Shown here: positions 1-11,316 of the stretch, in pieces | How the letters are laid out: every line of letters begins with the position of its first letter | Numbering within the stretch: position 1 is the stretch's first letter | Origin: Scenedesmus sp. PABB004 | Lineage: Eukaryota | Length of the DNA: 64,000 nt | Direction: 5' to 3' | NCBI GenBank assembly: GCA_014905635.1 | Contig: JABVCE010000007.1 | Span: 1,364,001 to 1,428,000, forward strand | The notes under the pieces: generated by a model | Told to the model about the DNA's origin: nothing | What the model saw: the letters and a program-made list of their open reading frames with translations, nothing else | The model's database searches: none | Translations under genes and position numbers: made by a program

Positions 1-72
1 GCCGCCGCCGCTGCGCCGCCGCCACACCCACACCGCCGCCGCGTGTCACCCGCGCGCCGCGCGTCGCCGCAG

Positions 73-1261
73 GTGTGGCAGCTGCGCGGGCGCTACCCCA
101 ACCGCGGGTACCCCAAGATCTTCAACGACGCCGCCGTCGGCGGCGAGGCGCGCAAGCTCTTTGACGAGGCGCAGGCGATGCTGGCCGAGTTTGTGTCGGG
201 CAAGCGCGTGCGCCTCAACGGCGTCGTCGGCTTCTTCCCCGCCAACGCGGTCGGCGACGACATCGAGGTTTACACCGACGAGGCGCGCGACACCGTGGCC
301 GCCAAGTTCTACGGCCTGCGCCAGCAGGCGGAGAAGGACGGCGAGGGCGAGCCCTACCTCTGCGTGAGCGACTTTGTCGCGCCCAAGGGCAGCGGCGTGG
401 CCGACTACGTCGGCGCGTTTGCCTGCTCCGCGGGGCACGGCCTCGAGGATGTCGTCGCGGGGTACAAGGCCGCCGGTGACGACTACAGGCACGCCGCGCG
501 GCGCGGCGCCGAGCGCGCGGCGCGGCGCCGAGCGCGCGGCGCAGCGCCGAGCGGGGCCGCCGCCTCGCCCACTCACCCGCCCGCCCACCCGCCCCGCCGC
601 CCTCGCCCGCTCGCCCGCTCTCTCCCCGCGCTCCCCGCGGCGCAGCTACATCATGGCCGAGGCGCTCGCGGACCGCCTGGCCGAGGCGTTTGCGGAGAAG
701 CTGCACGAGCTCACGCGCCGCGAGCTCTGGGGCTACGCGCCCGACGAGGCGCTGAGCGTGGACGACATGCTCAAGGTCAAGTACAGGGTGAGTGCAGGAA
801 GCAGCCTGTGTGTACATAGTAGTAGTAGCTGTGTGCATGTGCGGCTGGGAGGGAGAGCGTGAGCGAGCCAGCGAGCGCGCGACCCGCTCGGCGGGGCGGC
901 GGCGGCACGCGCGCGGCGCGGCGCCGTCGCGCGGCGCCCGACCCCGCGCGGCACCGCCGACCCCCCGCCGCAGGGCATCCGCCCCGCGCCGGGCTACCCG
1001 AGCCAGCCGGACCACACCGAGAAGCTCACGATGTGGGGGCTGATGGACGTCGAGGCGGCGACGGGCATCACCCTGACCGAGAGCCTCGCGATGATGCCCG
1101 CCGCGAGCGTGAGCGGCCTCTACTTTGGCGGCGCCGGCGCGAGCTACTTTGCGGTCGGCAAGATCACGGCCGAGCAGGTCGCCGACTACGCGCTGCGCAA
1201 GAAGATGGACGGCACGGACGCCGAGCGCTGGCTCGCGACGTCGCTCAACTACGAGCCCTGA
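73..1261 (+). CDS. METH: Cobalamin-dependent methionine synthase, C-terminal activation domain (5' part lies outside the window). Exons 73-488, 646-787, 974-1261.
   Basis: Spliced translation reads [17 protein letters not shown]...GLRQQ...[23 protein letters not shown]...[20 protein letters not shown]...[18 protein letters not shown]...[10 protein letters not shown], the MetH SAM-binding reactivation domain. Intron 489-645 is GC-AG; intron 788-973 is GT-AG. Confidence 0.97.
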
Positions 1262-1344
1262 GCCCGGCGGCGGTGGCGCGGCGCGCGGCGGCGCGGGAGG
1301 CGGCGGGGCGCGCGCTTGGTGCGCGCGGGGCTCGTAGTTGAGCG
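1242..1344. repeat. Perfect 17-bp inverted repeat (1242-1258 / 1328-1344) spanning the METH stop codon
   Basis: cgctcaactacgagccc at 1242-1258 is the exact reverse complement of gggctcgtagttgagcg at 1328-1344. Confidence 0.9.
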
Positions 1345-1595
1345 TCTGCGGGGAGGGGCCGGCCGGCGGGGCCAGCACCATGGTGCGTGGCCGCGACCGC
1401 GTGTGCGGCCGGCAGCGTGTCTGTGCAGCGCGGCGCGGCGGGGGCACTGAATTGGGAGCGCGAGTAGGCAGGCCGCGTGTAGATCGCTGGCGATCTGGCT
1501 GAGCGGAGGCAGTCTCGGGGGCGGCGTCGGCGGGCACGAGGCAACCAGGGCTTTGCAAAGCAGCCTGCCGCCGTTCCCGTCACTCACGCGCGACC

Positions 1596-1663
1596 GAGCC
1601 CGGCCGCACAGTCGCTGGCTGCTGGCGCTGCCTCAGCAATCCAAACGTTGCCACCGGCAGGCT
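1596..1663. repeat. ~70-bp direct repeat, copy 1 (copy 2 at 4348-4417)
   Basis: gagcccggccgcacagtcgctggctgctggcgctgcctcagcaatccaaacgttgccaccggcaggct matches 4348-4417 with a 2-nt indel and a few substitutions. Confidence 0.9.
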
Positions 1664-1986
1664 GTTCGTCGCGCCCCCCGGTGTCAAACCCATGAGCGCC
1701 CGCACTGCCGACCCGCTGACGCTGCCCAAGGCTTGCCCAACCCGCACCGATCCCGACCAGCAAGTGGCAAAAGGTTGATCCACACAAGAGATCCCGGCGA
1801 AAGAGCGTTTAGCAGCTGCCCAAACAGATCCACTTCTGCCACCGCCCGCACTCGCACTGAGCCAGGCCCATCAGACGCCGGGGCGCGGCGCGCGCTCGCT
1901 CGCGGCGGATCCCCACGCGTGCGCAGCCCGCGCACACGAGCCCGCCTAACCTAGGCAATCTGACCGCGCCTCCTACGACTAGACCC

Positions 1987-3902
1987 TCAGCGCCACGCAA
2001 ACGAGGCGCGGCGCTCGTCGGAGTGGCGGCGCGGCGGCGTGCCGGGCAGCGCGACGCCCTCGCCGCTGACCGCCGCCGCCGCGGGCACCGCTGCCGCCTT
2101 GGCGGCCTGCCACCAGTGCACTTGGCCGCCCTGGGCGGCCGGCGGCGCCTCGGCGCGCGCCCCCTGCTGCTGGGCGGTGGCCGCCGACTCGTTGGGCGCG
2201 GCGCCGCGGCTGCAGGCCGGGTGGCCCTTGCGGCCCTTCAGGCCGCCCAGGCTCGCGGCGGCGATGGCCGCTGCCAGCTTGCGCATGGCACGGGCCGGCG
2301 CGCGCGCCGCGCGGCCCGTGCCCACCACCTTCGGCAGGCGCTGCGCGCCGGCCAGCGAGGCCCTGGCCTCAGCCAGCTCGAGCTTGGCGGTGGCCAGCTC
2401 GGCGATCGTGCCCTGCAGGCGCTCGCGCTGCTCGGCCGCCTCGACTGCGTCGGCCTGCGCGTACGCGCGGGCGGGGCAACGCATGGCGGCGTGAGCAGGG
2501 CGGCGCACGAGTCCCCCGGAGCCCAGCAGCGGGCAGGCGTGCTGCAGGCAGACGAGCGCGCGGCGGGCGGGCAACGCACCCAGTTGAGCTTGCACGTGCG
2601 CTCATCGATGGCGTGGAACTCGCGCGCCTTCTCCAGCTGCTCGTGCAGGCCGGCGTTGGCCGCCAGCAGGGCCTGCAGCTGCCGGTCCTTGGCGGCCAGC
2701 GCGCCCTCGGCGGCGTCGGCGCGCGCAGACTCGGTGTTGGTGTGGGCGGTGGCGGTGGCGGTCGAGGCCTCCGCGGCGGCCAGCTGGGCGCGCAGACCAG
2801 CGTTGGCCGCCAGCAGGGCCTGCAGCTGCTGGTCCTTGGCGGCCAGCGCGCCCTCGGCGGTGTCGGCGCGGGCAGCCTCGGTGTCGGCGCGGGCGGCCTC
2901 GGCGTCGGCGCGCGCAGACTCTGTGTCGGCGCGGGCGGTCGCGGCGTCGGCGCGGGCGATGGCGTCGGCGATGGCGGCCTCGGCGGCGATGCGGGCGGTC
3001 GCGGCGTCGGCGTCGGCGCGGGCGGCCTCGGCGGCGCGGGCGCTGGCGGCGGCGGCCTCGTTGGCGTCGGCGGTCGCAGCCTCCGCGGCGGCCAGCCGCG
3101 CGCGCAGGGTCTTGAGCTCAGCGATGGCGTTGGCGCGCTCGAGGTGGCTCTCCGCCAAGGTCGGGAGGGCGGCGGGGCGCTGCACAGGGATGGTGGTGGT
3201 GTTGATGTTGGTGTTGGCGGTGGTGGCGGTGATGTCGGTGGTGTCGGCGGTGGTTGGGGCAGCAGAGGCTGCCGGCTTGATAGTGGGGGTGGGGGTGGTG
3301 GTGGTGGTGGTGGCCTCCCCCGGGGCCAGAGCGACGGCGCGCTGCGCCGAGACGAGGGAGGTGGTGGTGCTGGCGGGGGCAGCGGAGGCCCGGGGCTCGG
3401 TGATGATGGTGACGGCGGAGGCAGGCTTGGCGGCAGAGGGGGCGGCGCGCTCGGTCAGGTGGCTCGCGCGCGCGGCCTCAATGATGGCCGCCATCTTCTC
3501 CGCCTGCGCAGCAGGCGGCGCGCGGGGGGCTCAGGGTGAGCCACGGAGCGTGCGCGGGAGCACTGGCGGGCAGCTCGCGGGCAGCTGCGCCGGCTGCGCG
3601 CGGCGCGGCGCCGTGGCGCTGCTGTCCCGCCGGCGCGGCGCGCTGATAGCACGCAGCGCCGCGGCCGCGGGCGCGGGCGGTGCCTGGGACAGTGTTAGCG
3701 CCTGGGAGCGGGCTGGCCGGGGCTGGGGAGGCCGCACCGCGCCGAAGCGCGCCTTGCCGCCGAGCGCCGCGCCGCGCGACTGCACCTGCTTGGCGCGGTG
3801 CTTCTCGAGCTCCTCAAGACTCTCTGTGATGGCCGCTTGCGCAGCGGCGTTCATGAGGACCGTCAGGAGAGCGTGGCGCTGGGCGAGCTGCTTGCGCGCC
3901 AT
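1987..3902 (-). CDS. Hypothetical Ala-rich coiled-coil protein with internal tandem repeats. Probable exons 3902-3786, 3503-2580, 2454-1987.
   Basis: ATG at 3902 (MARKQLAQRHALLTVLMNAAAQAAITESLEELEKHRAKQ). GT-AG introns join in frame to AEKMAAIIE... and ADAVEAAEQRERLQG.... Heptad-like text with the repeated unit ARADxAEGALAAKDxQLQALLAANAGL. No family recognised. Confidence 0.65.
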
Positions 3903-4249
3903 GTTGAACGGCGTGGAAAGAGCGAGACGCGGGACAGATAGACTCGCTGCAGGTCCTAGAGGTCGCGAAATGGCGGCGCGGTGGGTCCCTGCCCGGCGCT
4001 GGTTGCTGCGAGCGCGGGAAGGCTCGCGGTTCAGCGGCCCGGCTGCTTTGAGCTCCCATTGCGCGCCCAGTGAGCCCGTCCCGCTCGACGAGCAGCGGCG
4101 CGCGCTGCAGCGGCGAGCTGGCGCGCCGCGGGGCCGCGCGGCGGCGGCGAGAGCAGCGCTGCTCGTGCGCGCGCGGCCGCCACCCCGGCGCGCGCGGTGG
4201 CGCGGCGGGCTGCCGCCGCTGCGTTGTCTGCACGCGTCACAGCACGCAG

Positions 4250-4254
4250 TTACA
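4250..4254 (-). promoter_or_regulatory. Putative TGTAA polyadenylation signal of Misato
   Basis: ttaca on the + strand, about 240 nt downstream of the Misato stop. TGTAA is the established chlorophyte poly(A) signal. Confidence 0.5.
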
Positions 4255-4347
4255 GCCGCCGAGCCAGCCGTGTGCAGACCTGCGCCGCAGCTGCCGGTTG
4301 CTGGCTCATCGCGCCCGCACCAGGCTCGCGCACAGACGCCCGTCGCT

Positions 4348-4417
4348 GAGCCCGGCCCCGCACAGTCGCTGGCTGCTGGCGCCGCCGCAGCAATCAAAAC
4401 GTTGCCACCGGCAGGCT
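4348..4417. repeat. ~70-bp direct repeat, copy 2 (in the probable Misato 3' UTR)
   Basis: gagcccggccccgcacagtcgctggctgctggcgccgccgcagcaatcaaaacgttgccaccggcaggct, matching 1596-1663. Confidence 0.9.
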
Positions 4418-4493
4418 AACTGACACTGCTTCGGCGCCAAGAGCACCGCCTGGCAGCAGCTTGCGCGGCCCGCCGTGTCCACGCCCAGAGCGG

Positions 4494-6963
4494 TCAGGCC
4501 TCGTCGTCGCAGTCGTCGCCTGCGTACCGCCCCGCCAGCTGCAGCAGCCGCTCGCGCAGCTCGGCCGCGTCGCCGGCGCCGTAGCCCCACTCCTCCACGC
4601 AGCCGCGGCCCGGGCCGGCGGCGCCGAGGCTGCGCGCCGCGGCCGAGAGCACGCGCTCAAAGCTCGACGTGGCCGTCAGCCGCGACAGCGCGCCCGGCGC
4701 CGGCACCGGCCCGGCGCCCGGCCGGGACAGCAGCGGGACGGGCAGCACACCAGCACTGCGCGCCACGCTGCGCGCCACGCCGCCGCCGGCCAGGCCGCTC
4801 GGAAAGGAGAGCGGCAGCGCGACCGGAACGGGGGTGACGCACGAGTGCGCGACGCACGGCCGGCCCGAGACCTGTCGCTGCCGCTGCAGCAGCTGGGCGT
4901 CCAGCGCCTGCCTGGCCTGGCAGACGCTGGCCAGGCCGCCCGCGCGCGCGGCGGCACCTGCGGGCGGCACGCGGCAGCGGACGCGCAGACGGGGTGCGGT
5001 CAGCAGCTGCGACCCCCAGCAGGCGAGGCGGCGCACGCAGAGAGCCCTCCACGCCCCAACCCCGGCTCACCTCGCAGGGTCAGCGACTCCGCCAGGCACC
5101 GCTCGGGCGCCAGCTCCACGCCGGCGGTGAGCAGCTGCGCTCTGCTGCCGTCCAGGCTGAGCGCCTCGCTGCTGCCGCCGCCTGTGCCGGCGCCGCCGCT
5201 GCCACCGCCGCCGCCGCCAGCCGCGGCGTCTGGCACCAGCCCAGCTGGCAGCTGCAGCGCCAGCGCCGCCAGGTTGGGCGCCTGCCCGGAGAGCAGGTGG
5301 TGGAGCGAGTGCAGGTCGGTGGAGCCCACCGCTGCGCCCGCGGGCGTGTCGGCGCCTGCAGCGCGCCAGCGGTGGCGGCAGTGAGAGCCCGACACGCCAT
5401 CGGCAGCGCACCCCGGGGCTGCGCCCCGTGCGCAGAGGGCCCCGAGCCCCGCCCCACCTGTGCAGCGCAGCGGCAGCGTCGCGCAGTCGATGCCCGCGGC
5501 CAGCAGGGCCGCACGCTGGAAGGCGCCGCCGGCGCCGCCCGGCGCCGTGAGTGGCACGTACAGGCTGGCCAGCTGCGTCACCTCCGACATGCTCACCGCC
5601 TCGCTCAGCAGCCGCCTGCGCGTGGCGGGCGCGGGCACGCGTCACCACGTGGGGTGCCCAACAGGGCGGCCGCCGCTGCCGCGCGAGGGCCCTGCGCACG
5701 GGCCCAGCACCGCGCCCGCACCGCGCGGCACGCCTGCCGTCGCCGCCGCCTGTGCTGGGCGGGGGCTGCTGCTCGCGCAGCGCCCAATAGACCAGCGCGT
5801 GGCTGGGGAACTGCTCCCGCAGCTCCTGAACGACGCCCAGGCTGAAGGCGCCCCAGCCCCCCGTGTCGTCAGCGAGCACCTGCAAGCCTGCCCGCCCGCA
5901 GCGGCGCGGCACGGCACGCGGCGGCGGCTGTGGCAACCGCGGCGGCTGCAGCTGCACGCCCTGCCCTGCCGCAGCTGCTGGTAGCAGGCAGCGCCAGCCC
6001 CGCACCTTGGAGCTTGTCGCACTGCTCCGCCCACCGGCGGACCTGCTCCACCGCGGCCTCGGCCGTGTCGCGGCTGCTGCTGCTCTCCTCCGCGGGCGCC
6101 CAGCCGTCCCACGCGGACAGCCCCTGCCACGCGCCCGGCAGCGTGAGCGTGGCGGCGGCGCGCAGGTCGACCTGCGGGCGCGGCGCGGCGTCGGCGCGGT
6201 CGGACGGACACCCGCGCCGCCGCCTCGGGGCGCACCGCGCGGCACCACTGTTGCGCAGCGCCCCGCCGCCGTGCGTGCCTGCAGATAGTCAGTCCAGAAC
6301 TTTGGCTGCGCCGCCTCCTCCTCGTGCAGCGACAGCGCGGCCGCCTCGAGCGCCGCCGCCGCCGCCGCGAGCGCGCGCGCGTCGCCGCCGTCAGCCGCCG
6401 CCGCGGCCGCCTCGAGCTCGCGCCTGTAGCGGCCCTTTGCCGCGGCGGGGCGCAGGCTGTGCACCTCGACCGCCCCGCCCCACGCGCCGCCGCCGCCCGC
6501 CGCAGGGTCTGCCGCGTGGCCCGCGTCGGGCGAGAAGCTCACGCCTGCGGGTGGCGCGGCGCGGCGCGGCGCAGTGAGGCGCGGCGCGCGGGCGGCCCGC
6601 GCCGGCGCTCGCCGCCGCCGTGCCTCACCGCCCAGCGCGCCGCTGAGGTCGACCACCACGCTTCGGGGGCAGTAGCGCACGCCGCCCTGCGTGGGCGGTG
6701 CGTGCGCGTGGTGTGGGCAGCGGCCGGTGCGCACGGCGCCCCCGCGCCGCGCCGCGGGCCGTGCCGCCGGCCCCGTGCGCCGCTGTGCGCACGTGGCGGT
6801 CCTCGCTCCAGGCGCAAAGCACGGTGTGGTCCACCGCCGCCGACAGGCCGGCCCAGTCGGGCTGCGCCGACTGCGCGATGGCCTCGTCCTGCAGGTTCCA
6901 CAGGTGCGCGCCGACCCAGTTGGCAAAGCTGCCGAGCTGCAGCGTGATCAGCGGCGCCGCCAT
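4494..6963 (-). CDS. MSTO1: Misato/DML1 tubulin-like protein (multi-exon)
   Basis: N-terminus MAAPLITLQLGSFANWVGAHLWNLQDE, then YCPRSVVVDLSGALG, KFWTDYLQ and EQVRRWAEQCDKLQG/LQVLADDTGGWGAF. These are the conserved Misato blocks. Stop at 4494-4496. Confidence 0.9.
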
Positions 6964-7531
6964 CGCTGCGCGCGGGCGCGGCGGCCGGTGGGCCGTGGGC
7001 GGTGAGGGGCTCGCGGCCGGCGGCGCGGCGGGGAGGCGGCGCGCCCGCCACGCGCGGCCGAGCAGCAGCAGCAGCGCCGGTGGCGCCGGAGCAGCGACGG
7101 CCCCGGCCGCGCTGCCAGCGTGAGATCGAGCACCCACCGGGTCTGGGCCACGGCGGGCAGGGCGCGGCCGGGTCGCTGGCAGGCGCGGCGGCCGGGTGCA
7201 AGGCGCGCCGCGCGCTGCTGCTGCTGCTGCTGCCGCTGCTGCAGCCGCCGCGGCGCCGCAGCGGGTGCGCGGTTGGCCCGTGAGGCGCCTTGTGCGGCTG
7301 CGAGCTGTGGCGATGGCGGCGGTGCGCGCAGCGCTTGTTGCCGGCGCCGCGGCGCGCGCCGAGAAGACCGGCGGCCGCCGTGACGGCAGCGCTCCCCGGC
7401 CAGTCCGTCAGAAGCCTCCCGCCCAGGCCGATGCGCCCGATCCCTCCGCGCCAGCGTGCCCCGACCGCGCGACGCGCGCCGCGCTGCCAGACGGCTGACC
7501 GCCGCGGACTGCCGCCGCCGCCGCCGCCGCG

Positions 7532-9914
7532 ATGGAGCTGGAGCTCCACCGCATCGACCTGCTGCAGACCAGCGCCGCGGCGCCGGGCGCGATGGTGGTG
7601 CGCGCGGCGCTCGCGCTCGCTCGGCGGCGGCGGGGCGCGCTGCTGCGGCGGCCGGCCGCGCCCGGGGCGTGCGCGCCGCGGGAGCGCGCCGCGAGCGCGC
7701 CGCCCGCTCCCGCAGGTGCTGCCGCCGGGGGAGAACAAGACGCAGAAGGTGGCGGTCGGCGACCTCGCGGGCGTCGTGCAGTGCTTCTCCATCAAGCGCG
7801 GCGAGGTCGCGCTCAGCTTCAAGACGCTCCCCGCGGCGCACAAGGTGCCGCGCCGCACCGCGCGCCGCTGGCGCTGGCGGCGGCGCCTGCGCCGCGCAGC
7901 GCGCCGTCGGCCGCGGGCCGCGCGCCGCGTCAATTGGCGGCCACGGCTGCGCGCCCGCGCGTCGCAGGTCACTGCGCTCGTGCTCGGCCGCGGCGCGCGG
8001 CAGGCCGACAAGCTCTTTGTCGCCGCCGGCGACACCGTGAGAGCGCGGCGCGCTCGCCGGCGCGCCCGCCCGCGCCGACCGCCGCCCGCGCGGCCGCCGG
8101 CCGCACGCGCGCGCGCGCGCGGCCGCGGCGCCCGAGCCGCCACGGCGCCGCGCCGGCACCACGCACGCAACCGCAGGTGCGTGGCATGACCAAGAAGGGC
8201 CGCGAGTTCTTCCGCCTCACCACGGCGCTGACCGACGCCGTGTGCGCGCTCGCCGTCGCCGACGCGCACATCTGGGCGGCCGCGGCGCACGTGGCCGCGC
8301 GCTACCTCGACGGCGCGGCCCGCGGGCGCTACGTCGCGCCGGACGCAGTCACAGCGATCGAGGCGCGCCGCGGGCGCGGGCACGGCGGGGGAGCCGGCCC
8401 CGCCCGCGCGCCGCATGGCACGACGCGCGCCCCCCGCCCCCGCCGCGGCGCGCCGCCCGCCCGCGCAGCTGCTGCCGCTCGGCGGCGGCGGGCAGCAGCT
8501 GCCGGCGCTCGCGTGCCGGGACTGCTGCATACGCGTGCTCGGGCCGGACGGGCGGCCCCTGTTTGAGGTGCCGACGGGCTCGCCGCCCACCGCGCTCCGG
8601 TGCGTGCCGCGCGGCGCGCGCCGCGCGGCGCGGCGTGACGGCGCGCGCGCGACGCCCGCGCGCTCCCGCCCCGCCCCACGCGCGCAGGCACGTGCCGGAC
8701 CAGCACGCGTCGGCGCAGCGAGCGGCGGGCGCGCAGGAGCTGTTGTACGGCTGCCAGGACGGGCGGCTAGTGCAGCTGCTGGTCGACGGCGCGGCGGTGC
8801 GGCAGGGCCTTGTCATTCCTGGCACATGCGCAGGCACTGGCGGCGGCGGCGGCAGCGGCGAGGGTGGCGGGCAGCCGGCGCAGCAGCAGCGCGCGGCAGT
8901 GACGGCGATCCACTGCGGTGCCGACTACAGCAAGGTGCGGCGGCGCGCTCGCCGCCGGGGCTGGGCTGCGGCCGCCGCGCGGCGCGGCGCACGTGCAGCT
9001 GGGCGGCCAGCGCGCGCGGCACCCACGGCGCCGGGCGCGCCGCCGGGCGCGGCGCCGCCGCAGACGGGCTGCGCCGACATCGTGCTGGGGCGCGAGGACG
9101 GCTCGCTGGAGGTGTGGGACGTCGACGCCGGCGGCGTGCCGCAGCTCGTCGCGTCGCGGTCGCTGCCCGAGTCGATCAGCAGCGTGGGTGGCGGCTTCAT
9201 CACCAGCGCGGCGCGGCCAGACATACTGGTGCACACCTTCACCGGCAAGGCGCGCGCGCCGCCTGGGGGTGGGGCCCAGCGGGCGGGGCCCAGCGGGGCC
9301 CAGCGGGGAGGGCCCAGCGGGGTGGGGCCCGTGTGTGTGTGTGTGGGGGGGGGGGGGGTCTGCTTGGGGGAGAGGCGGGCGGGCGCTCAGCCGCGCGCCC
9401 GCCGCCCCGCGCGCCGCCACTGCAGGTCATCGCGTTTGCCAGCGACCCCGGCGCGCTCGCGCTCGCGGCGGCGGCCGAGGCGCCGGGGCGCGGTGTGCGC
9501 GCGCCGCCGCAGCAGGAGCTGGTGGCGGCGCTCAACGCGCGCATCGCGCGGGAGACGGCGGAGCTGGCAGACCTCCGCGCGCGCGTGGCGCGGGAGCGCG
9601 AGCGGTGCGGGCGCGCCGCCGCGCGCGGGGGAGCGCAGAAGGGAGCGCGCGGCTGCGCAGTGCGCCTGTCGCCCCCGCCGACCCGCTGCCGGCACCGCCA
9701 CGTGCGCACGCCCCGCGCAGGGTGGCCGGCAGCCAGGCGGCGGCGGCGGCCGCGCCGGCGGCGGTCGTGGACGTGCGGCACCGGCTCACGCTGCAGCGCG
9801 ACGAGGGCTGCTATGTGCTCTCGGTCGAGGCGGCGGTGTCGCTCTTTGCGTTGGCACTGCAGGTGGGCAGCCCCGCCCCGCCCCGCCGGCGCTCCGGCAC
9901 GGGGCGCGCGCGCT

Positions 9915-9945
<31 letters not shown>

Positions 9946-11287
9946 AGTGCACGGTGCCGCTGGTGCTGCTGGACCAGCCGGGCAGCACCGCCATCTTCAG
10001 CCGCTCGCCGCCCGACCCCGCCGCCGGCAATGCGACGCTGGCGACGTTCCGGTGCCAGGAGTCGACCAGCCGGCTGAGCGTCAGGTTCAGCGCGCGAGAG
10101 GGCGCGCCGGGGCGGCTGTGCGCGTACGTCATGCCCGCGCTGGAGCCCAAGACCTGCGCCGTGATCGAGGTGCAGCTGCCGCTGCTCTGCATGCACCACG
10201 CCGTGGCGGGGCTCGGGGACGGCGGCGGCGCGCCGCCCGGCGCGCCCGGCGCGGCTGCGGCGCAGCAGCTGCGCGACAGCAGGCCATGCAGCGAGCTCAT
10301 GCTGCAAGGTGCGTGGCGCCGGGGCTGGCAGCCGCCGCCGCCGCCGCGGTCATGCGCGTGCACAGCGCTCGCGCACCTTCCCTGCCCCCTGCCGCCGCAG
10401 GCAGCTTCACAGCCCAGGACATGCACGGCTGGCTACGCGGCGTGCTGCCAGACGTGCCCGCGCACCTGCCCGCCGGCGCGGCCGGCGGCGCGCAGCTGTT
10501 CCGGGAGTGCCGGCTGGGGTCCATGCTGAGCTGCGAGTATGCCGCGGGCGAGGCCACCTTTGTGAGGTGCGCCGGACGCAGGCTGCCCACGGAGCGCAGA
10601 ACGGCTGGGCCGCCGCGTGCCGTGCCCTCACGCGCCGTCGCGCCGTGCTGCGCAGCGACTCGCTCACCACGCTGGCCATCCTGCACGACGCGCTGCTCGC
10701 CACGGCCACGGCGGCCAAGGCGCGCGTGAGCACGCGCTACGCCCTGCACCCCGGCGCGCTGCGCCACTGCTGCGGCCTGCTGTGGCCGCAGCTGGAGCAG
10801 CAGCGCGCCCTCGCGCGCCAGCGCAAGCTCGCGGCCGCGCTGCAGGTGCGGCGCGCGGCGCGCCGCGGCGGCGGGCCCCGTGTGCGCGCGCGCGCTGCCA
10901 CGACGCTGCGGTGGCCCTGCGTGCGCGTGCGTGCCGTAGGAGCTGCAGGCCCAGGAGGGCGACACCTCGTTCCTGGCGCCAGAGTACCAGAGCATGCTGC
11001 AGCAGCTGTCCTGCAAGTCCGCGCACGACGCTGCGCCGCGCCAGCCCCAGCGCGCGGGCGGCGGGTGCGGCGGTGCAGACGCGGACGCGGACGCGCAGCA
11101 GGAGCAGCTGGACGCCGTGGTCGACGCGTTCAAGCAGCTGCTGCGAGACTACGCCCGCCTCGCGTCGGGCGCGGCCGTCGCGCTCAAGGGCGCGGTCGCG
11201 CGGCTGGACTCGCTGCTGCGGCAGGGCGGGCCCGGCTGCACGCTGGCGGCGGCGGTCGACTGCATCGCCGCCGCTGCGGGGGCGTAG
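7532..11287 (+). CDS. BBS7: Bardet-Biedl syndrome 7 protein (BBSome subunit), about 15 exons
   Basis: MELELHRIDLLQT..., TQKVAVGDLAGVVQCFSIKRGEVALSFKTLP, VRGMTKKGREFF, LACRDCCIRVL, LATFRCQESTSRL, PKTC, SDSLTTLAILHDAL. The motifs are colinear with BBS7. Confidence 0.93.
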
Positions 11288-11316
11288 CGCGAGGGGCAGG
11301 GCCCGGGGCGGCTTCA

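Noticed and set aside
1262..1600. Cobalamin riboswitch near METH
   Set aside because: No recognisable B12-element motifs are present; only the simple inverted repeat is supported.
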